Shown in pieces: positions 1 through 10,680 of a stretch of 37,670 nucleotides of DNA. The translations under genes and the position numbers were made by a program. The notes under the pieces are model-generated. The model had not been told where the DNA came from. It did not search any database and was given only the letters and a program-made list of their open reading frames with translations. The stretch is from a virus (taxonomy: Duplodnaviria; Caudoviricetes): positions 1 through 37,670 of IMG/VR virus record IMGVR_UViG_3300031519_000078. One strand, written 5' to 3'. Position 1 is the first letter of the stretch. The number at the start of each line of letters is the position of its first letter.

Positions 1-84
1 CTTCAATTTTCATAAAACCACAATCAGAGGGTCAAAAGCCGATCATATATCGGCCAATCCAGAAAATAAACAGGAGTTTTAGCA

Positions 85-561
85 ATGAGTCAAGGCAGAA
101 AAGCAATCAGCAAAAGCCTAAAAATTGTACAGGGAACGCACAGGCCGACGCGGGACAATAAGCAGGCCCCGACAGTGGCCTCAGAAATTCCAGAGATGCC
201 AAAAGGCTTGAGCACTAGAGCTAAAAATTATTGGAAAGATTTAACCGAACTGTTGCATTCAATGGGTGTAATAACATTAGCAGATCAAGCCGCACTTGAA
301 ATGCTTTGTGAAACATACTCAGAATGGAAAAGTTTGTGTAGTGATATTCGAACAGTTAGAAAAGGAAAAAGTACGTACACAACAGTAACAGAAGAAGGCT
401 CTGAAATGATTAGGCCGCTACCTGAATTTAGCCAGCGAGCAGACGCGGCTAGACGTTTTCAAAGCGTTTTGTCAGAGTTTGGTTTAACGCCAGCAGCTCG
501 AAACAAAGTTAAAGCAATAGGCAGCAAAGACAGTGGAAGTGATCCGTGGGACGCTATCTAA
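85..561 (+). CDS. terS: Terminase small subunit (P27 family)
   Basis: N-terminal GRK...LK..QG and C-terminal EFGLTPAAR motifs; lies upstream of terL. Confidence 0.9.
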   Translation: MSQGRKAISKSLKIVQGTHRPTRDNKQAPTVASEIPEMPKGLSTRAKNYWKDLTELLHSMGVITLADQAALEMLCETYSEWKSLCSDIRTVRKGKSTYTTVTEEGSEMIRPLPEFSQRADAARRFQSVLSEFGLTPAARNKVKAIGSKDSGSDPWDAI

Positions 562-564
562 TTA

Positions 565-2247
565 ATGCGTGATTATGTAGGCATAGCTAACCAGTACATT
601 AGCGATGTATTAACCGGCACGGTGCTAGCCTGCAACTTTGTAAAATCCGCGTGTGAGAGACAAAGAGACGACCTAGAAAAACAGGGGTTTATTTATTCGT
701 TTGATGTTTCGAGAGCTTCGCACGTTTGCGCGTTTATTGAATTACTGACACACATAAAAGGCGAGTGGCGAGGGCGCAGGATAACGCTAGAACCCTGGCA
801 GATTTTCATACTAACAAGCGTGTTCGGGTGGATTGATTACGATGGCTATCGACGTTTTAAAACAGTTTATACCGAAGTGCCTAGAAAAAACGCTAAATCT
901 ACGTTATCAAGTGGAGTGGGTTTATATTGTTTGCTTGCAGATGGCGAGGGAGGGGCAGAGGTTTTCAGCGCGGCCACGACTAGAGATCAGGCGCGTTTGG
1001 TGTTCAATGATGCGGCGGCAATGGTTAACAATAACGCGGGATTACGCAAACGGTTCAACGCTCAGGTTATGGGTAAGGCGATACCGCACACGATCTTTAC
1101 TCAAGAAACAGGGAGCAGCTTTAAAGCGCTTTCACGCGACCAAGGAGGAAACTTAGACGGCTTAAACGTTCATTGTGGAATAATCGACGAGCTACACGCG
1201 CATAAAACGCGGGACGTTTTCGACGTAATAGAGACAGCAACGGGCGCAAGAAGGCAGCCGCTTATCTGGTTGATAACCACGGCTGGCTTTAATCGTGCTG
1301 GGATTTGCTACGAACAACGCACCTACTCAAGAAAAATCCTTGATGGATCGCACGAGGACCAAGAATACTTTTCTATAATTTACACGACAGATGAAAGTGA
1401 CGATTGGGCCGACCCGATCGCATGGGAAAAAGCCAATCCTAATTGGGGTATCTCAGTAAATCCACAAGACATAGAGCGCAAGGCGCGCAAGGCTTTAGAG
1501 CTGCCCAGTGCAACAAATAACTTCCTAACAAAGCATTTAAATATATGGGTTAACGCGGATTCGGCCTGGATGGATATGCGCAAGTGGGACGCACAAGCCG
1601 ATCATTCTTTGACGCTCGAACAGTTCGAAGGTGAACCGGTTTGGTTAGGCTTAGACCTTGCCAGCAAGATAGATATTGCGGCGCTTGTGTTGTTGTTTAT
1701 GCGGCGCATTGATGGAAAAACGCATTTCTATCTATTCGGTAAATACTGGCTACCAGAAGAAACAATAGAGAACAGCGACAACAGCCAGTACAGCGGGTGG
1801 GCAAGACAAGGGTTATTAAAAGAAACACCAGGCGCTATTATAGACTTAGACAGCATAGAGGAAGAAATTAAAGCCGAGTGCTCTATATATCAAGTAGAGG
1901 AATGTTGTTATGACCCCTTTCAGGCTACTCAACTAGCTACTCATTTAATGAATGACGGCCTTGAAATGGTCGAAGTAAGGGCAACAGTACAGAATTTTAG
2001 CGAGCCTATGAAAGAACTAGAGGCTTTAATACTCGACGGCAGGCTACACCACAACGGTGATCCTATCTTAACATGGATGATATCAAACGTAGTGTGTCAT
2101 ATCGACGCGAAAGAAAACATTTATCCACGAAAAGAGAACGAGCAAAACAAAATTGATGGCGTTGTGGCGGCAATAATGGCGCTAAATAGGGCGTTGTTTC
2201 ACGAAGAATCGAGAACAGACTACAGTGAAGGGCTTTTGGTCGTATGA
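565..2247 (+). CDS. terL: Terminase large subunit
   Basis: LEPWQ, Walker A VPRKNAKST, Walker B IIDELH, ITTAG, nuclease GLDLA and KIDGVVA motifs. Confidence 0.97.
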   Translation: MRDYVGIANQYISDVLTGTVLACNFVKSACERQRDDLEKQGFIYSFDVSRASHVCAFIELLTHIKGEWRGRRITLEPWQIFILTSVFGWIDYDGYRRFKTVYTEVPRKNAKSTLSSGVGLYCLLADGEGGAEVFSAATTRDQARLVFNDAAAMVNNNAGLRKRFNAQVMGKAIPHTIFTQETGSSFKALSRDQGGNLDGLNVHCGIIDELHAHKTRDVFDVIETATGARRQPLIWLITTAGFNRAGICYEQRTYSRKILDGSHEDQEYFSIIYTTDESDDWADPIAWEKANPNWGISVNPQDIERKARKALELPSATNNFLTKHLNIWVNADSAWMDMRKWDAQADHSLTLEQFEGEPVWLGLDLASKIDIAALVLLFMRRIDGKTHFYLFGKYWLPEETIENSDNSQYSGWARQGLLKETPGAIIDLDSIEEEIKAECSIYQVEECCYDPFQATQLATHLMNDGLEMVEVRATVQNFSEPMKELEALILDGRLHHNGDPILTWMISNVVCHIDAKENIYPRKENEQNKIDGVVAAIMALNRALFHEESRTDYSEGLLVV

Positions 2248-3782
2248 AGTATTTAAAAAATCTAGCTTCAAACATTGCTAACACTGTTGAGCGCCAATTC
2301 AGCGGATTGAAACACCCTGCGGGATGGCTAACAGATATATTAACCGGACCGGTTAATAACAGCGGTGTAACAGTTAACGAAAATACCGCCATGCAATTAG
2401 GCGCGGTATCCGCTGCCATTGGTGTAATATCAAACGGCGTGGCTACGCAATGCCTGAAACCGTTCAGGGTGACCGATGAGCGCACGGAGATTGCAAAAGA
2501 CCACCCAACTTACAGGCTACTAACAAGACGCGCTAACAAGAACATGAGCGCGTTTATTGTTATTAAGTTAATACAATCGCAGGCGCTCAGGTGGGGAAAT
2601 GGCTATGGGTGGATAGAGTTCAATAATGCCGGTTTTCCGGTTGCCATTTGGCCGTTGAACCCTGGCCTAACAACTCTATACTTGATGGAAGATAACACTG
2701 TAATCTATCAGACCACTCTACACAATCAGCAAACGGTCTACCTTGACGCTGAAGAAGTGATTCACATTAAAGCGCTTTCTAGTGATGGGTATTTAGGTAT
2801 CTCACCAATACGCCAACACGCGGAAGAGCTGGGAATTCAGATAGCGGCGCAAAACTTCGGCGCTGAATTCTTCGGCAATGGCGCAACGGTTCAGGGTATA
2901 TTAAAACATCCTGGCAAGCTTGACGAACCAGCACGGGCGGCCATTCGTAACAGTTGGGCCAGTGCTACCAGCGGCACCGGGAACCGGCACAAAACACCGG
3001 TATTACCCGATGGGATGGACTATACACGGGTAGGCATACCACCGGAAGAGGCGCAATTTTTACAGACACGGCAGTATGGCGATAGAAAAGTAGCGCAGAT
3101 TTACGACATACCGCCACACATGATAGGCGATTTAAAAGACGCGACCTTTTCAAACATCACAGAGGAAAGCATTAACTTTGTAAGGCGCACTTTATCACCG
3201 TGGTTTATCCAGTGGGAACAAGAAATAACATATAAATTACTGAGCACAAAAGAGCAAAACACCATTCACATTAAGTTTGATCGGTCCGATTTATTGCGAG
3301 GTACGCCAAAAGATGAGGCCGAGAAAGACGTGAAACTTGTTAATGCTGGAATCATTACGCGCAACGAAAGCCGCGAGTTGAGGGGCATGAACCCAATAGA
3401 CGGGCTTGATGAGGTTCTTGTGCCGCTTAACATGATCAAGCAAGACGAAGCCGAAAAACTCAAAACCGGCAGCGACTCAGAAGGCGATAGCGACGAGGAG
3501 CCAGAAGAAAAAAGTTTGATAGATGCCATGCCACTACTTACCCGATTCAGCGAGCTACTAGACAGCGCACAAAAGCGCGTAAGCCGCGACAAGTCACAAG
3601 CCACATGGTTAGGCGGTGGCGCTGAACGGTTCATACAGCGGCATTTAGGGCCGATTGCGAGCGCGTTAGGCACTGAATCATTGACGCAAACATTTACAGA
3701 ACAGTTTATTGACGCACAAAATCGCGGGATATTTTGCACAGAAGACACAATTTATAACACCCTGAAGGAGTTAACCAGCTAA
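2244..3782 (+). CDS. HK97-family portal protein with C-terminal extension
   Basis: WGNGY, EVIHIK, GISPI, AQFLQTR, IPPHMIG and TRNESR motifs. Confidence 0.95.
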   Translation: MKYLKNLASNIANTVERQFSGLKHPAGWLTDILTGPVNNSGVTVNENTAMQLGAVSAAIGVISNGVATQCLKPFRVTDERTEIAKDHPTYRLLTRRANKNMSAFIVIKLIQSQALRWGNGYGWIEFNNAGFPVAIWPLNPGLTTLYLMEDNTVIYQTTLHNQQTVYLDAEEVIHIKALSSDGYLGISPIRQHAEELGIQIAAQNFGAEFFGNGATVQGILKHPGKLDEPARAAIRNSWASATSGTGNRHKTPVLPDGMDYTRVGIPPEEAQFLQTRQYGDRKVAQIYDIPPHMIGDLKDATFSNITEESINFVRRTLSPWFIQWEQEITYKLLSTKEQNTIHIKFDRSDLLRGTPKDEAEKDVKLVNAGIITRNESRELRGMNPIDGLDEVLVPLNMIKQDEAEKLKTGSDSEGDSDEEPEEKSLIDAMPLLTRFSELLDSAQKRVSRDKSQATWLGGGAERFIQRHLGPIASALGTESLTQTFTEQFIDAQNRGIFCTEDTIYNTLKELTS

Positions 3783-4375
3783 TGAACATAGAAAGGCGCT
3801 TTTTTAATAGCGAAGTACGCGCAGGAGAGAGCAGGGTTACAGGCTACGGCTCAGTGTTTGAGAGCAAGTCTGAAGACTTAGGCGGGTTTGTCGAGATTAT
3901 AGCGCGTGGCGCGTTCGATGATAGGCTTGAAGATGACGTAAGAGCGCTTTTTAATCACGATTCAAGTCTGATACTAGGGCGCACGAAATCGGGAACGCTA
4001 GACCTTAGCATTGATGATAACGGTTTACGTTATGAAATTGATTTTCCAGATACTACCTACGCCAATGATTTGCAGGTGAGTATCAAGCGTGGCGATATAG
4101 ACCAAAGTAGTTTTTCTTTTTTAGTTGAAGAGGACGATTTCACAGAAGTAGACGGGACCATTGTTAGGACCATTAACAAAGTATCGAGGCTATTTGATGT
4201 TAGTCCAGTTACCTATCCCGCCTACCCAGATGCAACCGTGGGCCTTCGATCGCTAGAACAATACATTCAACGCAGAGACCAAAACCGAAACACACAAGCG
4301 AAAGCTAAAAGAATGCTAGAGGCCAATCTACGAAGCCGACAGCTAACACTTGCAGAAATAAGCCGCGTTCTATAG
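3782..4375 (+). CDS. HK97-family prohead protease
   Basis: GYGSVF, ALFNHD, SSFSF and DVSPVTYPAY motifs. Confidence 0.95.
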   Translation: MNIERRFFNSEVRAGESRVTGYGSVFESKSEDLGGFVEIIARGAFDDRLEDDVRALFNHDSSLILGRTKSGTLDLSIDDNGLRYEIDFPDTTYANDLQVSIKRGDIDQSSFSFLVEEDDFTEVDGTIVRTINKVSRLFDVSPVTYPAYPDATVGLRSLEQYIQRRDQNRNTQAKAKRMLEANLRSRQLTLAEISRVL

Positions 4376-4408
4376 AACGATTATTTCAGCACAACAGCGC
4401 ATTAATTG

Positions 4409-4434
4409 AGGCCGTATTAAGCGGCCTTTTTTTT
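4409..4434 (+). terminator. Hairpin plus U-tract between the protease and capsid genes
   Basis: AGGCCG-TATTAAG-CGGCCT followed by a T run. Confidence 0.65.
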
Positions 4435-4473
4435 GTGCGCAATAAATGAAGACCATTAATAGAGGTTTATATT

Positions 4474-5685
4474 ATGAAACTACAGGATCTACTACAGGAA
4501 CGCGGCCAAGTTGCTACGCAAATGCGCGCAATGCACAAGGCAGCAGAAGACGAAGAACGCGGGTTTTCTTCAGATGAGCAAAGCAAATGGGAAGAAATGA
4601 CCACAACCCTAGAGGGCTTTGATAAGCGGATCGAGACCAGCAAACGCGCCAGCTCATTAGATGAGTTTACGCAAGAGCAACGCGAAGAGAAGCGGTTAGG
4701 CAAGCAGGAGCAAGGCAAGGAGCAGAGCAAAGAAGAGCGAGCGCGTGAAGCGTTTGGCGCGCTCATTCGATCCGATCAACCCGGCTCCTCTGGTCTCAGT
4801 GCTGAACATCAGGCCGCGTTAGTCCGTGCTCAGTCAGTCGGCACCAATTCAGCGGGTGGCTATCTTGTTCCTACTGACCTACAAAAAACCATTATTGAAA
4901 AAATGGTGCAATTTGGCGGCATTAGAAACCTGGCTACAGTTATTAGCACCGACACAGGCAACACGTTAGATATCCCAACCAACGACGACACAGGCAACAG
5001 TGGGGCTATTCTAGCGGAAAACGCACAAGACAGTGAACAAGATGTAGCGTTTGGTAGCGCGGCACTGGGAGCCTATAAATACACTTCTAAAATTATCCGC
5101 GTACCCATCGAGCTAATGCAAGATAGCGCGTTTAATCTAGAGGCGTTTTTAATCAAAAAATTCGGGGAGCGTTTAGGCCGAGCAACAGCGGCACACTATG
5201 CAGCGGGAACAGGTTCATCACAGCCGCAAGGCTTGAATCAATGCACAAGCGGCAAAACAGCGGCAGCAGTGGCAGCGGTAACGTATATAGAAATGCTTGA
5301 TTTAAAGCACTCAGTTGATCCAGCTTATAGAATCGGGGCTAATTGGGTATTTAATGATACAACTCTATTGGCGCTTAAAAAGCTACTTGATGGAGACAGC
5401 CGTCCATTATGGCAACCGGATATTTCAGGCGTAACGCCAGCAACGATTGACGGCGACACCTACGCCATCGACCAAGGTTTGCCAAACATGGCGGCAAGCG
5501 CTAAATCAATTGTTTACGGTGATATATCCGGCCTTTGGATTCGTGACGTTATGGGAATGGCGATCACTCGCATGGTTGAGCGTTATGCTGATTATCATCA
5601 GGTTGGATTTGTTGCAATTATGCGCACCGATTCAAAGATAATTGACGGAAACGGGATGCGCGCCCTAACAATGGCAGCGTCTTAA
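4474..5685 (+). CDS. Major capsid protein (HK97 fold, N-terminal delta domain)
   Basis: Coiled-coil N-terminus; GGYLVP, ELMQDS, GTGSSQPQG and PLWQP motifs. Confidence 0.95.
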   Translation: MKLQDLLQERGQVATQMRAMHKAAEDEERGFSSDEQSKWEEMTTTLEGFDKRIETSKRASSLDEFTQEQREEKRLGKQEQGKEQSKEERAREAFGALIRSDQPGSSGLSAEHQAALVRAQSVGTNSAGGYLVPTDLQKTIIEKMVQFGGIRNLATVISTDTGNTLDIPTNDDTGNSGAILAENAQDSEQDVAFGSAALGAYKYTSKIIRVPIELMQDSAFNLEAFLIKKFGERLGRATAAHYAAGTGSSQPQGLNQCTSGKTAAAVAAVTYIEMLDLKHSVDPAYRIGANWVFNDTTLLALKKLLDGDSRPLWQPDISGVTPATIDGDTYAIDQGLPNMAASAKSIVYGDISGLWIRDVMGMAITRMVERYADYHQVGFVAIMRTDSKIIDGNGMRALTMAAS

Positions 5686-5741
5686 TAGTTTTTTTTAATG
5701 GTGTGTGTGAGCGTTTAGGCGCTCACTCTAAAGGGGTTGTT

Positions 5742-5975
5742 ATGTTAATTAAAATGCTGGTAGGCATGAGTGGGCCACGAATCACGAGAAAACCGGGGGA
5801 GGTGCTAGAGGTCGGAGACAATGAGGGTAAATCGCTAATTCTTGGCGGTTCAGCGGTCCCAGTAAAGCAAGGCACAGAAAAGGCGGCATTAAATGAGAAT
5901 GAAACTGATAACGCAGCCACTCAGCGAGCCGGTAAGCGTCTCGGAATTAAAAACACAGCTAAGAATAGAGCATAG
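5742..5975 (+). CDS. Small head-region protein
   Basis: RBS AAGGGG before ATG 5742; usual position after the capsid gene. Confidence 0.55.
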   Translation: MLIKMLVGMSGPRITRKPGEVLEVGDNEGKSLILGGSAVPVKQGTEKAALNENETDNAATQRAGKRLGIKNTAKNRA

Positions 5976-6447
5976 TGAAGATGACGCCTATTTATTTGGT
6001 TTAATCGTAGCGGCTCGACAGTACGCAGAAAAAGCAACAGGTAACGTTTTCATTACTCAAACATGGGACATTCCTTTTACTGATTTTAGTTCGTTAGAGA
6101 TCCCTATTAGGCCGATCAAATCAATTGAATCTATCACCTACGTAGACACAGACGGCAACAACCAGACACTGAGCGATTCAGTCTATTTCCTTGATGATTA
6201 CGGTTTTAGAGCACACATTAATCTAGGCTATGGCGAGCAATGGCCAAGCATCAGGGACCAGAAAAACGCTGTTATTGTTCGGGTAGTGGCGGGTGCAAAT
6301 CAAGCACCTCAATCTATAAAACACGCGGTTATTCTAATGGCGGCACACTGGTACGAGAACAGAGAAGAAACCAGCATGGACAAACTCAAGCCTATTCCTT
6401 TGGGCGCTGAACGGCTGCTAACACTTGACGAAAATAGGTACTTTTAA
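5893..6447 (+). CDS. Head-tail connector (gp6-like)
   Basis: EPVSVSELKTQLRIE and AHWYENRE motifs. Confidence 0.9.
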   Translation: MRMKLITQPLSEPVSVSELKTQLRIEHSEDDAYLFGLIVAARQYAEKATGNVFITQTWDIPFTDFSSLEIPIRPIKSIESITYVDTDGNNQTLSDSVYFLDDYGFRAHINLGYGEQWPSIRDQKNAVIVRVVAGANQAPQSIKHAVILMAAHWYENREETSMDKLKPIPLGAERLLTLDENRYF

Positions 6448-6773
6448 TGAGAGCGGGAAAGCTTAGAAAAAGGGTACAGGTTCAAGCGCTACAAAACACA
6501 GTTGATAACTTTGGCTCACTTGTTGAAGCGTGGGCCACTGCCTTCTCACGCTGGGCAGATGTTAGACCTATCAGCGGTAAAGAGCCATACACTAACGAGC
6601 AGCATTTAGCCGAACTAAATACAGTTGTTGAGCTTCGATATGATAGCCAGTCTGCAACCATTACGCCTAAACATAGAATTAAATACGGAGAACGAATTCT
6701 AGAGATTGAAAGCGTTGTGAACATTGGGGAGCGTAACAAAGAATTAATTTTGCTTTGTTACGAATATGTTTAA
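6447..6773 (+). CDS. Head closure protein / head-tail adaptor (SPP1 gp16-like)
   Basis: MRAGKLRKRV and WADVRPISGKE motifs. Confidence 0.9.
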   Translation: MRAGKLRKRVQVQALQNTVDNFGSLVEAWATAFSRWADVRPISGKEPYTNEQHLAELNTVVELRYDSQSATITPKHRIKYGERILEIESVVNIGERNKELILLCYEYV

Positions 6774-7330
6774 TGGATTTTAATATTCATGTAAAAGGCA
6801 TGAAAGAGCTAGAAGACAAGCTAATTAAATTAGGCGCTGAAGTAGGGCACAAGGAGCTTAAACGCGGACTTATGGCGGCAAGCCTTCCGACAGTTCAACG
6901 AGCCAAAGCACTAACAAAGCCAAGCTTTAAAGACGCTATACAGCGAAGAAGCCATAGAACCGGCAAATTAAAAGTTAACAAGATAGGGCAGGCAGCCGGA
7001 GGAAATCAAGCGGCCGGGGTATCAATCATAGTAAACAGAAAGAGCGCACCTTACGCGCATATGTTCGAGGCCGGCACAGTTGAAAGATACACAAAAGGGA
7101 AAAACAAACACAGTACGCCAGGTGGTGCTAAATCTGGACAAGGAAAAATAAAAGGGCGCAAGGTTAAAAACCCAGGCGGCAAAGGTAAAAAAGGGTACAG
7201 AGGAGCCTATAGGGGCAAAGTTGAGAAAGAGCCGTTTTTTATGGTCGCATGGGAATCAGAAGGCGGCACTAAGGCGGTAGACGCATTTAAGAAAAAACTA
7301 TCAAATCGAATTAAGAAGCTTACAAAATGA
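6773..7330 (+). CDS. HK97 gp10-like tail completion protein
   Basis: VKGMKELEDKL, YAHMFEAGT and PFF motifs; start probably at ATG 6773, overlapping the previous stop. Confidence 0.85.
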   Translation: MDFNIHVKGMKELEDKLIKLGAEVGHKELKRGLMAASLPTVQRAKALTKPSFKDAIQRRSHRTGKLKVNKIGQAAGGNQAAGVSIIVNRKSAPYAHMFEAGTVERYTKGKNKHSTPGGAKSGQGKIKGRKVKNPGGKGKKGYRGAYRGKVEKEPFFMVAWESEGGTKAVDAFKKKLSNRIKKLTK

Positions 7331-7692
7331 CTACAAGCACAATACACCAGGCATTAATTGATCACGCTGGTTTAGGCGCGTTGGTGGGTGATCGAATATA
7401 CAGAGGCCGACTACCTCAGAGCCCTACATACCCTTTAATAATGTTTGTGTGCGCTGAAGAGCCGGAGAACTTATTAATTGGTGAATCTGAATCAGAGCAT
7501 CACATGATTCAATTAGAGTGCTATGCAACAAGCTACACGCTTTTAGATAGCATCAAAGAGCAGCTAAAAAGGGCGCTTTATGATTCATCTGATTTTGTCG
7601 CAATATGTACCGCAATTTCAGATGATCAATACCAAGACGAGCAAAAAAATTATTCTATTTTCTTAGACTTTTCAATCTGGTTTCAACCATAA
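7327..7692 (+). CDS. Tail terminator protein (DUF3168-like)
   Basis: LVGDRIY...PQ..TYP motif; synteny. Confidence 0.8.
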   Translation: MTTSTIHQALIDHAGLGALVGDRIYRGRLPQSPTYPLIMFVCAEEPENLLIGESESEHHMIQLECYATSYTLLDSIKEQLKRALYDSSDFVAICTAISDDQYQDEQKNYSIFLDFSIWFQP

Positions 7693-7708
7693 CAAAGAGG
7701 TGATTTAA

Positions 7709-8125
7709 ATGACTGCTATTAATTCGCAAGGCGTAGTGCTGAAACGTGGCGATGGTGCTGACCCTGAAGTATTCACGGCTATCGGAGAGCTAACAGGGAT
7801 TGATGGTGTTGGTAGTGGTACATCGGCAGAGATTGACGTTACTACACTTTCATCTACCGCCAAAGAATTCATTCTAGGCTTGAAAGATGAGGGTGAGGTG
7901 ACTTTAACCATGAACCTAGACACAGCCAACGCACCACAAACAGGGCTACGCACGGACAGAGATAACAAGACCCTTAGAAACTTTGAACTAACATTAACAG
8001 ACAGCGGACCCACTGTTATAACGTTCAGCGCTTATGTTAAAAACTTTCCACTGGGAATATCAGTAGACTCACAGATAACCCTATCACTAGCGTTACGAAT
8101 TAGCGGACCGGTTACGTGGGCATAG
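7709..8125 (+). CDS. Major tail tube protein
   Basis: EIDVTTLSSTAKEFILGLKDEGE motif of lambda-like tube proteins. Confidence 0.9.
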   Translation: MTAINSQGVVLKRGDGADPEVFTAIGELTGIDGVGSGTSAEIDVTTLSSTAKEFILGLKDEGEVTLTMNLDTANAPQTGLRTDRDNKTLRNFELTLTDSGPTVITFSAYVKNFPLGISVDSQITLSLALRISGPVTWA

Positions 8126-8132
8126 GTAAAGC

Positions 8133-8498
8133 ATGAAACAATTAACACTTAAAGACATTCTAAACGTAGAAGACGTAAAAACGAAGCGCGTAGAGCTGCC
8201 TAAATGGGGCGGCTTTGTAATTATTCAGCAGATGACCGCCAAGGCGCGAGACGCTTACGAGTTAAGCCTATTAAAGACAGATGAAAGCGGAAAGTCACAA
8301 CGAGACTTAGAAAATATTCGAGCAAAAATTGTGGCTGCTTGTGTTCTTGATCCAGGCGGAGAACTGATGTTCAAAACACCAGATCACGTTAAAGCGTTAG
8401 GTAACAAGAACTCTGAAGTTGTTGATTTTCTATATTCGCAGTGCCAAGAGTTTAACGCTATAAGTAACGAAGATATCGAGGAACTAGCGGGAAACTAA
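8133..8498 (+). CDS. Tail assembly chaperone (gpG-like)
   Basis: Lies between tube and tape measure genes; ends in slippery G GGA AAC. Confidence 0.85.
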   Translation: MKQLTLKDILNVEDVKTKRVELPKWGGFVIIQQMTAKARDAYELSLLKTDESGKSQRDLENIRAKIVAACVLDPGGELMFKTPDHVKALGNKNSEVVDFLYSQCQEFNAISNEDIEELAGN

Positions 8499-8815
8499 AA
8501 CACCGACCAACTAGGCTATTCTTGCATAGATACGCGTGCAAGATTGGTTGGCCGGTCCCTTTGTTAGAGCAAATAATGACAATGGATGACATACGCGAAG
8601 CGATGGCTTACGCGAAGCTTGAACCCTGGCACGAAGAGCGCGCAGATTTGAGGGCGGGAATAATTGCCAGCGTAATAGCTAACGCGAACCGTTCAAGCGG
8701 TTCAAAAGCCTTTAAGGCGTCCGATTTTATGCCTAAATATTCACAGGATGAACCGGACAATAAACCCTTAGTTGATAAAATTAAAAAGGTGTTAATCAGT
8801 GGCAACTCTGGCTAG
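8492..8815 (+). CDS. Tail assembly chaperone frameshift extension (gpT-like)
   Basis: The -1 frame is open from the slippery site (KLKHRPTRLFLHRY...RADLRAGIIAS). Confidence 0.8.
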   Translation, partial: KLKHRPTRLFLHRYACKIGWPVPLLEQIMTMDDIREAMAYAKLEPWHEERADLRAGIIASVIANANRSSGSKAFKASDFMPKYSQDEPDNKPLVDKIKKVLISGNSG

Positions 8816-10679
8816 TCTCGCAATAGATTTGACAGCAAATAGCGCTAAGATGTTAACGGAGCTTAGAAAGGTCAATAAGCACCTTGATACCTTTGAAAAA
8901 AAAGCAAAAGCCGTTTCTAAAAATGCTAAAATTGCCCTTTCTGGAATAATTACAGCTGGGACCACTACCCTATTAGTGGATAGTGTATTACAGGTATCGG
9001 GAAGCTTTGAGACATTGCAGGCTTCACTAGAAACTACGTTTGGTAGCCAGAAAAAAGCGGAGCTACAATTCAAAAAACTAACAGAGTTTGCGTCAAAAAC
9101 GCCACTAACAATACAGGAGGTAACAGACGCAAGTATAAAAATGAAAGCCTTTGGGCTTGACCCTTCTATTGATTCAATGGAAAGCATGATAAACACCTCC
9201 GTTACACTAGGAAAATCTCTTGATCAATTTGTAGAGGCTATAGCGGATGCTGGGAGAGGACAGTTTGAGCGGTTAAACGAGTTCGGTATAGCAGCCAGAA
9301 AAAACGGTGAATCTGTTTCTTTTACTTTTCAGGGTGTAACTAAAAGTGTATCTAATAGCTCAGTTGATATTATTCAATATTTAAACGACATTGGAAATAA
9401 CCAGTTTGCAGGAGCACTAAAAAAGCAAGCCGAAACCTTGCCGGGTATTCTTTCAACGTTAGGCGGTGCGGTTGACTTGTTAGCCGTTAAGTTTTCAGAA
9501 AAAAGCGGTTTGGCTAAATTTGTAAAAGAGTCATCGCAAGCTATAACCAGTTTAATAAATAGAATATCAACCGGTAGACCGGCAATAGCAGAACTAAAAG
9601 CAGAGCTAGACAGGTTTCAAGAAGGCGGCACAGGTAGCGGAAGGAACAAGGGTGAAGCGCTCGAAAATAATAGGCTGGAACGAATAAAAGAAATTAATAA
9701 GCAGATTCTAGAAATACAAGCAGAGTCTGGGAATATAGAAAGCGCACAAAAACTATTAGATATGATTGATTCCAGCATATCTTCAGTTGAAGAAAAAACC
9801 AGTGGAGCAGACCGATTCTCAGGAAGAGGAAGGAACAAGAGTGAAAACCCAGACTTTACGCAGCTAGACAAACTTAACGAAGAAAGAGACGCCTATATTG
9901 AGCTTATAGAAACTATAGAGGGTGAGAAAGCGGACGCGACAATAGCCGCTCAAGCGGCCAATGATGCGAGAATAGCGCAAGCAAAAGCAGAGCGGCAGGA
10001 GGAGCTAGGAAATTCTGTTGAGAAGTTAACAGAAAAATACGCCACAGAACAAGAATTGTTAGTATCAAAATTCGAGGAAGAGACAAAACTTTTAGAGCAG
10101 TATTATTCAGGCAAGGAAGGCATGGAGCAAAAGCACGCTGACACACTAAGAAGAATAAAAGATAAGTACTTTTTAGATGTCAATAAACTATACGCGAAAG
10201 GCGGGAAGGATGAGGTTAAAACAGAGAAAAAAACATTCGGCGAATTAATCGCGGCCTCAGCTGCTGGAAGTAGTAACCTATTTGACATAACAAAGAACCT
10301 GATTCTTGACAAGGCCAAGGTTCTACAGCAACAGGCCATATTAGGGGCCTATACGGCTGGTAATGAACAGGGTGGGCCTTACGTGGGCGCGGCTTATGCT
10401 TTGATAGCAGCGGCGGCTAGTACCGCGATAATATCGAAGATATCGGGCGCGGGTGGTGGCGGTGGTGGTGGTGGCTTGCCTTCAGTGCCTGAACCAGGCG
10501 ACGACGATCCACCGATTCCAGGGCTAGACGATGCAGCAAACGATGAACCCAGAAACAAAACCGTTATATTAGACATAACAGGCATAGACGATGAGGCGCT
10601 ATTAACAAAAGGGCAAGTAAGAAAAATAGTAGATCAAATAAACGACGAACGTGAAGCCAATGTGAGGATAGTAATATAA
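8799..10679 (+). CDS. Tape measure protein
   Basis: MATLASLAIDLTAN start, FASKTP motif, helical Ala/Gly-rich sequence; synteny. Confidence 0.9.
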   Translation: MATLASLAIDLTANSAKMLTELRKVNKHLDTFEKKAKAVSKNAKIALSGIITAGTTTLLVDSVLQVSGSFETLQASLETTFGSQKKAELQFKKLTEFASKTPLTIQEVTDASIKMKAFGLDPSIDSMESMINTSVTLGKSLDQFVEAIADAGRGQFERLNEFGIAARKNGESVSFTFQGVTKSVSNSSVDIIQYLNDIGNNQFAGALKKQAETLPGILSTLGGAVDLLAVKFSEKSGLAKFVKESSQAITSLINRISTGRPAIAELKAELDRFQEGGTGSGRNKGEALENNRLERIKEINKQILEIQAESGNIESAQKLLDMIDSSISSVEEKTSGADRFSGRGRNKSENPDFTQLDKLNEERDAYIELIETIEGEKADATIAAQAANDARIAQAKAERQEELGNSVEKLTEKYATEQELLVSKFEEETKLLEQYYSGKEGMEQKHADTLRRIKDKYFLDVNKLYAKGGKDEVKTEKKTFGELIAASAAGSSNLFDITKNLILDKAKVLQQQAILGAYTAGNEQGGPYVGAAYALIAAAASTAIISKISGAGGGGGGGGLPSVPEPGDDDPPIPGLDDAANDEPRNKTVILDITGIDDEALLTKGQVRKIVDQINDEREANVRIVI

Positions 10680-10680
10680 A

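Noticed and set aside
8969-8990. CC plus TATTAGTG match to spacer 1 in the tape measure gene
   Set aside because: Only 8 contiguous nt (13/20 overall); compatible with chance
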